A stretch of 64,000 bases of DNA from Octopus vulgaris (Eukaryota). This document shows, piece after piece, positions 13,701-25,284 of this stretch (position 1 is the stretch's first letter; every line of letters begins with the position of its first letter). Made by a program: the position numbers and the translations under genes. The stretch is taken from positions 11,346,001-11,410,000 of the forward strand of contig OX597830.1 of assembly GCA_951406725.2 (NCBI GenBank), written 5' to 3'. The notes beneath the pieces are model-generated. The model saw only the letters and a list, made by a program, of their open reading frames with translations, searched no databases and was not told the DNA's origin.

Positions 13701-16700
13701 TGGTAGTTGACACAGGTCAGCCTGTAATGACATGCATAAGATCTGGTCATCAAATCTATGTAGAGACTTCAAACTTGAAATCTTCAAAGCCACAGTCGAA
13801 CCAGTTCTACTATATGGCTCAGAAACCTGGACATTATCAAAGAAGCTTGAGAGGCGGTTGGATGGAACCGACACTCGCCTCCTTATGAGAGCCGGTTGGA
13901 TGGAACCTACACTCGCCTCCTTATGAGAGCCGGTTGGATGGAACCTACACTCGCCTCCTTATGAGAGCCGGTTGGATGGAACCTACACTCGCCTCCTTAT
14001 GAGAGCCGGTTGGATGGAACCTACACTCGCCTCCTTATGAGAGCCGGTTGGATGGAACCTACACTCGCCTCCTTATCAGAGCCGGTTGGATGGAACCTAC
14101 ACTCGCCTCCTTATCAGAGCCGGTTGGATGGAACCTACACTCGCCTCCTTATGAGAGCCGGTTGGATGGAACCTACACTCGCCTCCTTATGAGAGCCGGT
14201 TGGATGGAACCTACACTCGCCTCCATATGAGAGCCGGTTGGATGGAACCTACACTCGCCTCCTTATGAGAGCCGGTTGGATGGAACCTACACTCGCCTCC
14301 TTATGAGAGCCGGTTGGATGGGACCTACACTCGCCTCCTTATGAGAGTCGGTTGGATGGAACCTACACTCGCCTCCTTATGAGAGCCGGTTGGATGGAAC
14401 CTACACTCGCCTCCTTATGAGAGTCGGTTGGATGGAACCTACACTCGCCTCCTTATAAGAGCCGGTTGGATGGAACCTACACTCGCCTCCTTATGAGAGC
14501 CGGTTGGATGGAACCTACACTCGCCTCCTTATGAGAGCCGGTTGGATGGAACCTACACTCGCCTCCTTATGAGAGCCGGTTGGATGGAACCTACACTCGC
14601 CTCCTTATGAGAGCCGGTTGGATGGAACCTACACTCGCCTCCTTATGAGAGCCGGTTGGATGGAACCTACACTCGCCTCCATATGAGAGCCGGTTGGATG
14701 GAACCTACACTCGCCTCCTTATGAGAGCCGGTTGGATGGAACCTACACTCGCCTCCTTATGAGAGCCGGTTGGATGGGACCTACACTCGCCTCCTTATAA
14801 GAGTCGGTTGGATGGAACCTACACTCGCCTCCTTATGAGAGTCGGTTGGATGGAACCTACACTTGCCTCCTTATGAGAGTCGGTTGGATGGGACCTACAC
14901 TCGCCTCCTTATGAGAGCCGGTTGGATGGGACCTACACTCGCCTCCTTATGAGAGCCGGTTGGATGGGACCTACACTCGCCTCCTTATAAGAGTCGGTTG
15001 GATGGAACCTACACTCGCCTCCTTATGAGAGTCGGTTGGATGGAACCTACACTTGCCTCCTTATGAGAGTCGGTTGGATGGAACCTACACTCGCCTCCTT
15101 ATGAGAGCCGGTTGGATGGAACCTACACTCGCCTCCTTATGAGAGCTCAAAATCTCTCGTGGAAGCGCCATCCAACCAAAATGCAAATATATGGGAAACT
15201 ACCACCTGTGTCATCAGTGTATGTATGCAGCAACAGCAGTGGCAGCAACAACAATTCCACTCCCACCAACATCCATCCATCCATTTTCCATGCCAAGAAG
15301 CTGCACCAGTGTCCATTGTCCACTTTGGCATGGTTTCTACGGCTGGATGACCTCCCTAAAACAAACCATTTTAGAGTACATGGGGTGTTTTTTTACATGG
15401 CATTTGCACCAGTGGGGCCACCAAGTAACTTGCAAGGCAAATACTCCTGACCGGAAGGAAGAGTAGTATTGAGGGAGTTTTGAAACTTTAAGCCTTTAGA
15501 AAACTTCATTTCATGGAGTCCTTTGTGTTAACCATTCTTAACCCTTTCGTTACTATATTTCTGACCAAAATACACCCCTTATGAGTTTCAATTAATTTCT
15601 AACGTAATCATAAATTTAGTCTGGTTTCATTAAACAACAATAACTTTTTTATTTATCAATATATTAATCTGATTTTTGGAAGATAATTTAGTGAAATGTT
15701 CTCAACCAATTCTATACTATAATTTTTGTCACAAAGTGACTCTAATTGCAGGTAGATACAGGTAAATTCAACAAAATATAAAATTATTAAAATTTTGTAC
15801 AAACATCACTATAGAAAATGGGTTATTAGCTAATATTCAATTGGGTATACAACAAAATTTTACGATAGAATTTGTTATTCTGGGTAACTTTCTGATACCC
15901 ATAATAATATTTATGGCAAAATAGTCTTAATTTCATTTAAGGTTCTGGGAAACCACAAACTATCGTTTCTTTCGCTTTGTTTACGTTTAGCGTAACAGTT
16001 CGTTTTCGCCGTAATGATTTCAAATAGGCTCATTCGAAAAAGTAAAAAGAAATAGTCTAAGGCTTTACTCTTCTGGGAAAGTCTGTGGCTTGGTCCAGTT
16101 TCTTCAGAAAAATCACCGAAAGAAACAGTTTTTAAATTTTCACTCCATTCAGGTGCCAATTCATTTTCTTTATCGCTGTCGGAGATCTCGTATTCACAGT
16201 TTTCACTTTCGGAAAATGAAACATCAGATTCATTATCAAATACCATGTGCTTTTTTTTTTCAGTCATAGAGTTAGATTTATGAAGGTCTTCAGTAGAAAA
16301 TCCTTCGAATTCTGACTCGGTGCTTGATATAATGAAATTCGTATCCATTTTTTGTCAGAATTACAAATTTTGAAAACACAATAGGAACAAATTTCGGAAA
16401 AAAAATCTCCCAAAATTCACGGAATTAAAATTACACTTCAATTGTTGTACAAAACTGTAGTTGAACTGTTTACGAAATATAATACGTGTTTTCACAAATG
16501 TACTAAAGAGATTTGCTCTGATATTCTCATTTAAATATGAATAGGTAAATTCGGGTGGGTTTGGGCGGTTTGGTCACATTAACCAAAATTTTTTTCGGGC
16601 GGCTTTGGGCGGTTTGGTATCGAAAGGGTTAAACACCTGGCACATTTTGAAGCCACATAAATGGGACGATAAGAGACAAAAGGAGGAAAGTGATGATAAT

Positions 16701-19700
16701 AAATTGAACTTATACTTATCAAAGTAAGAAAATAGAAAAGCAAATATATGACTTGGCTAGAGACTCTCTTTTACTCTTTTACTTGTTTCAGTCATTTGAC
16801 AGCGGCCAAGCTGGAGCACCGTCTTTAATCAAGCAAATCGACCCCGGGACTTATTCTTTTGTAAGCCCAGTACTTATTCTATCGGTCTCTTTTGCCGAAC
16901 TGCTAAGTAACGAGGACATAAACACACCAGCATCGGTTGTCAAGCAATGCTAGGGGGACAAACACGAACACACATAGGCGCAGGAGTGGCTGTTTGGTAA
17001 GTAGCTTGCTAACCAACCACATGGTTCCGGGTTCAGTCCCACTGCGTGGCATCTTGGGCAAGTGTCTTCTGCTATAGCCCCGGGCCGACCAATGCCTTGT
17101 GAGTGGATTTGGTAGACGGAAACTGAAAGAAGCCTGTCGTATATATGTATATATATATAAGTGTGTGTGAATATGTTTGTTCCCCTAGCATTGCTTGACA
17201 ACCGATGCTGGTTTGTTTACGTCCCCGTCACTTAGCGGTTCAGCAAAAGAGACCGATAGAATAAGTACTGGGCTTACAAAGAATAAGTCCTGGGGTCGAT
17301 TTGCTCGACTAAAGGCGGTGCTCCAGCATGGCCGCAGTCAAATGACTGAAACAAGTAAAAAGAGTAAAAAGAGAACAAGAGAGAGATACATATATACACA
17401 TATATACGACGGGCTTCTTTCAGTTTCCATCTACGAAATTCACTCACAAGGCTCGGGGTCGGCTGGAGGCTATAGTAGAAGACACTTGCCCAAGGTGCCA
17501 CGCAGTGGGACTGAACCCGGAACCATGTGGTTGGTAAACAAGCTACTTACCACACAGCCACTCCTGAAAATAGGAAACAGCCAATGAAAATAGATTAAAT
17601 ATTATTAGCAATGTTGATAAGGATTAATACTGAGTAGGAATCAGATAGACAAACCTTCCAATCTTCAGACTGCAAAATTGGCAAAATATGATGATTGATA
17701 ATATTGTCAGACTGTAATGGTTGCACACCCATCTGCAGGATGAGCTTATGCACTTGTATGTTGATTTCGGGGTCATCGGTGCAGAACAATTCTGAGTGAA
17801 CAGTTCTTAAGTCGTTCCAGAGAGGCAAGAATTTATCTGAAAAAAAAGAAGGTGGGATGGCGGAGATAACATGAAAACTCAAGTAACATTATGAATATGC
17901 ATGCATGTATGTACATATGTAAATGTGTGTGTGTGTGTGAGTGTATGCCAGTGTGTATACATATATGTACACACATATATAAATGTACACATTTATATTT
18001 AACACGTTTGTGCACATTCAAATGTAGAAACTTTGCTGCTGCAAAAGGTGAAGAATTACCATAGAGAAATACGTCAGAAACGTTAGCACGCCCGGCGAAA
18101 TGCGTAGCCGAATTACGTCTGCCGCTACGTTCTGAGTTCAAAATCCGCTGAGGTTGACTTTGCCTTTCATCCTTTCGGGGTCAATAAATTAAGTGCCAGT
18201 TACGCAATGGGATCGATATAATCGACTTAATCCGTTTTTCTGTCCTTGTTTAGCCCCTTGTAGGTAGTAAAGAAATAGGTATTTCGCCCATCGCTACGTT
18301 CTGAGTTCCAATTCCGCCGAGGTTGACTTTGCCTTTCATCCTTTCGGGGTCGATAAATTAAGTACCAGTTACCCACTGGGATCGATATAATCGACTTAAT
18401 CCGTTTTTCTGTCCTTGTTTGTCCTCTCTGTGTTTAGCCCCTTGTGGGTAGTAAAGAAATAGATATCATTCATAGCCCAGCTCAATGGTTCTTCACATGG
18501 GTCAGTGGTGTTTTCTGTAAGAAGTTGTCTTCTGAGGCAGATGTCATAGCACGGACACACAAACATAATAAATATAAAATGTGCACAGATATATTTTAAC
18601 TATTGCTTGATAAAGATTAGTGCATACCAGAAAATTTATTTGTGAACAACTGTTCTAAATGGTTTTGAATGATGAACTATATATAATAATGCTAACGAGG
18701 AAAAGAGAAATTCAAATTGATGTTGCATCCATTTCATGAAACAAAATGTTTTTATTCCATATCTTTATATATAAAAGTGAGGTTGTGTGCTGTCTGTCTC
18801 CTACGATTTAGATTCCTAACTACTCCCACATTTTGCGGTGCAGTTTAACCAAAACCGGATATCTTATAGTCGTGATTCATATCGAGCCCTTCTGGGTATT
18901 AGCGCGCATCTACGATGAGTCTACGATTTTTAAAAATATTTACAATCATTTTTTTCCATTTTAATGCATTTTTTCGCTATTATATAAGGGAAGTAACTCT
19001 CTAAAAATGTCTACGATGAGTCAACGATTTAAAAAAAAAATTACCATCATTTTTTTTTCCATTTTTAATGCATTTTTTTGGTATTAACTCTCTAAAAATG
19101 CTTATATAGTTATTTCCCTTACAAACCCAAGCAACGCCGGGCGATACTGCTAGTATATATATAAAGTTATGCAATACATACAATATATGCAACATATTTG
19201 ATAAAATAAAATTATTATTGTTCATTCACACTCACGGACATCACAATTTGAAACACAATTGATGTATAAAATGAACATGTGGTGCAAGATGAATTTCTAA
19301 GACTTCACATGTACATCAACGCCATGAAAATTGACAGAATTATACAATCCTTCATTAATGAACTTCTTAGCACTTGATATGTTATAAAAAATGATGATGA
19401 TGATGATATTTAAAAATATACACATACACATGCAGTCACTTGTTCATACATGCTACAAACAAATTTATATACATAAAACATATACACACAGACACACAAA
19501 CACACACGCACACATATATACATATATATACATATATACGACGGGCTTCTTTCAGTTTCCGTCTACCAAATCCACTCACAAGGCTTTGGTCGGCCCGAGG
19601 CTATAGTAGAAGACACTTGCCCAAGGTGCCACGCAGTGGGACTGAACCCGGAACCATGTGGTTGGTAAGCAAGCTACTTACCACACAGCCACTCCTGCGT

Positions 19701-22700
19701 CTATAATATAAACAAATATAAATATATTTGTACATAACTCCAACTATGCACACACACACACACACACACTTTGGTTTTTGCTAAATTAACCATAAGAATA
19801 AACATTTTAATGACTACTCACCATTCCGTTTCTGTACAGGATGTTTGTAGGAATCCATTGGAAGGAAAACTGTTTCACTTCTGAGGGTTGTTAAAATGGA
19901 AGAACTCAGAGGAATTATCCGGATCTCTGAGAGTTTTGCAAAGATATCTTCATTGTTACCCATTTCATCCAAGCTGCGATAGACACAGGCAAACCACCGA
20001 GCAATTTGTGCAATCTGCTCACTGTTAACTGAACACAAAATGGCTTCAATTATTACACAAAATATGAAAAAATTAGGTAGTTGTATTTTCAGTGTTTTTA
20101 CTATTTTAACCCTTTTGATATTAACCCAGCTGAAACTGCTTCTGGCTCTGTAGTACAAAATGTCTTGTTTTCAAAAATTCTGCATTAAAATCTTCCACCA
20201 AACCTTAGTCACAATTTATGTTCCTAACACTAGCTTAATGATAACTAAGTTATTTTATTAAATTCTTTGTTATATTTAAAATTAATTGAAAGAAACACAG
20301 AGCATCTCAACAGAAATATGGTAACAAAAAGGGTTAAGCCACTTTGTATGGTTGCTTATAGGAAAAGGTTTCTAAATGTGAACATTAGCATATTGTTGGA
20401 GGAAGAAATTCTATGGTGGATGCTTTTCCTACAAGTCAGCAAGGAAATAGGAGTGCAATCTGTTCTCAGCAAGGTGTGCAATGTGTCCCTAATGCCATAG
20501 AACATTGGCAAAAACCTCTTCCTTTCTACTTCTCTCGTTGCTAAAATAGACATGCTGTAAAGCTTCGTTTCCAGCTACTTAATGTAATTCTCTGCGACAT
20601 TCATTCCTCCAGTCCTCTTCATCATCATCATCATCATCATCATCGTTTAACATCCGCTTTCCATGCTAGCATGGGTTGGATGGTTTTGACTGAGGGCTGG
20701 CAAACCAGATGGCTGCACCAGGCTCCAATCTTGATCTGGCAGAGTTTCTACAGCTGGATGCCCTTCCTAACACCAACCACTCCAAGAGTGTAGTGGGTGC
20801 TTTGTACGTGTGCTTCTGTACAATAATAATGATTTGTAACGTAGACAATAGGCTAAACATAGTGAGGGTATGTAAGGGGGGGGGGTATCTACAGCAGAAG
20901 AATCTACTGCACTTGTCATATTTGTGAAAAAATTGCATCAGTTTATCTTAAATAAGCTAGTTATACTCTTTTACTCTTTTACTTGTTTCAGTCATTTGAC
21001 TGCGGCCATGCTGGAGCACCGCCTTTAGTCGAGCAAATCGACCCTGGGACTTATTCTTTGTAAGCTCAGTACTTATTCTATCGGTCTCTTTTGCCGAACC
21101 GCTAAGTGACGGGGATGTAAACACACCAGCATCGGTTGTCAAGCAATGCTGGGGGGACAAACACACACACACACACACACATATATACATATATACGACA
21201 GGCTTCTTTCAGTTTTCGTCTACCAAATCCACTCACAAGGCATTGGTCGGCCCGGGGCTATAACAGAAGACACTTGCCCAAGGTGCCACGCAGTGGGACT
21301 GAACCCAGAACCATGCTGTTGGTTAGCAAGCTACTTACCACACAGCCACTCCTGTTTATTTATTTTTTATAAATATTGTACTGGTTTTAAAAATCCATAT
21401 TCGTGACAGATACTGGTGTCATGCCAATGGTATCCATTGTAGGTGGCACGTAAAAGCACCTTTTGAGTGCTGGGCCTCACGGAGGCAATGACCAAGTCCA
21501 GTTGGCATTATGCTTGAGAAGACCCATCAAGCCAAGTAAAAGTGCAGTCGTGGCAGGCACTGGTGTCACACAAATGGCACCAGTGCTGGTGACATATAAA
21601 AGCACTCATTACACTCTTGGAGTGATTGGAAGAGCATCCAGCAGTAGAAACCAAGCCAAAATAGACTGGAGTCTGGTGCAGCCTTCCAACTTGCCAGCCC
21701 TGGTCAAACCATCCAACCCATGCCAGCATTGACAACGGATGTTAAATGATGATGATAATGAGGATTTCATTTTAAAAATGTTTTTATTTAATTAATTATG
21801 TATTAATTTTTAAATCATTAAGTTTTGTATTTTCACATTGATGACTGCTTGGAGTTTAATAATATACATATATTAAACGCCAACCACTCCGAGAGTGTAA
21901 AAAGCACCCACTACACTCTCGGAGTGGTTGGCGTTAGGAAGCACATCCAGCTGTAGAAACTCTGCCAGATCAAGATTGGAGCCTGGTGCAGCCATCTGGC
22001 TCGCCAGCCCTCAGTCAAAATCGTCCAACCCATGCTAGCATGGAGAACGGATGTTAAACGATGATGATGATGATAATGGAATCAGATACAGTAAAACAAA
22101 TGCTAGTAGCATGTACTCTATTAAAGGGTATTTTTTAATTTGGACAAAGAATCTTGGTATGAAGAAGAAGAAAAGGTAGGATATCAGACACCAAGGCCAC
22201 TCCACCTCCATGCACATGATCCTGAACACAGAAAAATTTATAAATCTCTATGTTTGAATGAACAAAAATTTATATACAAGTTGAAAAAAAATCTCAAACT
22301 CATGCATGACAAGTTGCCAGACACTTTTACTTACATCAACAAAAAATCAAAGGAAAGACTTAGAAAACATTTAACAGTCAAAAACTGGTATACACAATAA
22401 GAATAAGTTCATACTAAAAGTGCTTGAGCACACAAAGACCAGTAATTTTATCATTGAAACTAAATTATTTTATTTTATTGCAAATAATAACTCATTGTTA
22501 ACCCTTTAGCATTTAAACCGGCCGTATCCGGCCAAAAGTATTCTGCCTGTTTTATGTTCAAACTGACCAGATCTGGTCTCTCACACCAACCCTACAATAT
22601 CATCTTAAAAATTAACAGCTACCTCATCAAAATCTCATAGCTACAAGATAATGCATGATTAGTTCAAAACAATGTGGATAAAAAAGCATTAATTTTGGCA

Positions 22701-24927
22701 GAATAATGTGAACACTAAAGGGTAAACCCAGGGGAAATACAAATGTCTATGCTTTTAAATTTTGAAGTGGAAATACTCACCTGTTGTGCTGTTATAAAAG
22801 TCACTGGCTAAACCTTCTCCAATCTTCAACAGGTGGGCTGTTTTTATTTTCTCAATACCCAGACTGTTAGTAGTACTTATATTAAGTATGTTGGCAAGAT
22901 CTGGATGCAAATAACATAGGTTTAAAATCTCTTGAAGTTTTTGTGGAGGAGCCACCTTCATTGTCAGTGAGTCTTGACCAAGAAGTGTCTGAGAAGGAAT
23001 TTTCCATTGAATGTTGCCACCTAAAAACACAATATATAAGATGTAAAATGGAAAATATATTTATTATGGGTATATAGTTGTGCAGTTGAGAAGTTCACTT
23101 CCCAACCAAGTGGCATTGGGTTCAGTCCCACTGCATAGCACCTTAGGAAAGTGTCTTCTACTACAGCTCTACACAAATCCAAGACTTGTCTACACGAGTG
23201 TGTGTATGCATGTGGTGTGTGTGTGTGTATAGATATCTGTTGTAAACAACAGCTTGTATGAAAGTGTGGTGGGTTTTGTTGTGAGTTTCTCCAGTCAACA
23301 AATCATCCGGCCACTTCAGGCCTTCGAAGCCATGTAAAATAAAAGCCCCCTTACTTGTAGAACAGGTAAGTATGAACATCAGGAAGAGTATCAATCAAAA
23401 AAAAAAGAAAAACAATAGCTCAAATAATATATTTGTCAGAAACTCGAGTCAGTAATTTCTAGGAAAATCCTAGAAAAAAATTAATGTAAAATCACATCAA
23501 ACTAATTTTCAGAAAGTACTGCAAAGACAGCTCTTCCTTTAATGGACAAGATTTTGCACAATATACCATACCTGTTTTCTTTCTGTTTATCTTAATCTGA
23601 ACTATTTATCTCATTTTAGATCAGGCTTAAACCATTCTGGAGCAGTATTAAAATAGAAGACAGTGTAAACTAATCCAAATGCATAGAAGTATTTGGCACG
23701 TAAAAGTACCATCCGTTCATGTCCATTGCCAGCCTCGCCGGTGGCACGTAAAAGCACCATCCGTTCGTGGCCGTTTGCCAGCTCCGTCTGGCACCTGTGC
23801 GGGTGGCACGTAAAAAGCACCCACTACACTCACGGAGTGGTTGGCGTTAGGGAGGGCATCCAGCCGTAGAAACACTGCCAGATCAGACTGGGCCTGATGC
23901 AGCCTTCTGGCTTCACAGACCCCAGTTGAACCGTCCAACCCATGCTAGCATGGAAAACGGACACTAAATGATGATGATGATGATGATGATGATGATGTTC
24001 AATTCATTTGACTTGGTCTTTCATTCTTTCACTATTGACTATAAGTACCAGCAACGCACTGGTACCAATTCAACTGACTATATTCCCAGCTATTACAAAA
24101 TGTAACTTTGCATCTAATTAGGAAAAGCTCAAGAAACCATGGTACTAAACAAACCATACAGAATGGCTTTATCAAATGGAGCAGTCAGATATCTGTTTGA
24201 TGTTCCCAATTACATAACAGACTATCGCTGGGCCAGAACAGACCAAGTCTAGGAGTATGTGATTAGGCAACAGTGGTGGCCACTACCACCACTACATTTT
24301 GTCAGGACACAAAACAATCCTTACCTTCTGTTAATGGTTGACAAGGAATGCATGGTTTACTTTTCAGCTTTTTCTGAATGTGTGTTGCAATTGGTCTAAA
24401 GAAGTCAAGCACTTCGTCCTCCTCAGGTACAAATTGTAAATAAGAAGCAACTGCCATCACAGGTGAAGTGAAGTGTGGATGAGCCTAGAAAAGAGAAAGC
24501 AGAATATTTAACATTTTAATAATAGAATGATAAAGTAAGTGTGTGTGCACCGGGGGGGGGGGGGTTGATGATAGTGTGCAGGATATAAGCCACTTAATAG
24601 AATTAATAAGAAATACAGAAAATATATTTTGCATCCAAAATCTGGAACCTTACCTTGAATTTTTCCAGAGCGTCTAAAAATAGTGATGGTATCTCACTAC
24701 TGAGCCACTGGTTCCACAAACTGTCAGAATCAACAGCTTCTCTATTGGATGGCAAGTCAAAATCACCTACAAAAAAAACAAATAAAACTACAATGTAAGC
24801 TATTTCTGAGTTAAATTTGATCATCATTTCTTATGCAATTACAAAACTAAAACTACCAAATTTTACAATATTCATTTTAGAAAATTTACAATCCAGAAAT
24901 ATCATTAAGCTTGTATTGTTACTGGAA

Positions 24928-24963
<36 letters not shown>

Positions 24964-25238
24964 GTTAATCCAAACATGAAAACACAAAGATAAAACAACA
25001 ACGCGAGGGGTTGAAACAAGTATAGTATTACTGGACACTCAGGAAAGAAGAAGGGTTTAACGTTTCAAGCAGAGCTCTTCATCAGAAACATAGGAAAAAG
25101 AAAGATCCAAAGAAGGGAAGACGGAGGAAAAACAATCGCCAACGGTACACACGCGGTCACATTTTGAATATATATATATATATATACAATTATTATAATA
25201 TTAGGGAGTTGCCTAATAGTGGTTTTATCTCTAATTTA

Positions 25239-25284
<46 letters not shown>

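Noticed and set aside
13849-15145. CRISPR array
   Set aside because: Head-to-tail identical units with no unique spacers, no cas genes, and the unit is LINE coding sequence in a eukaryotic intron
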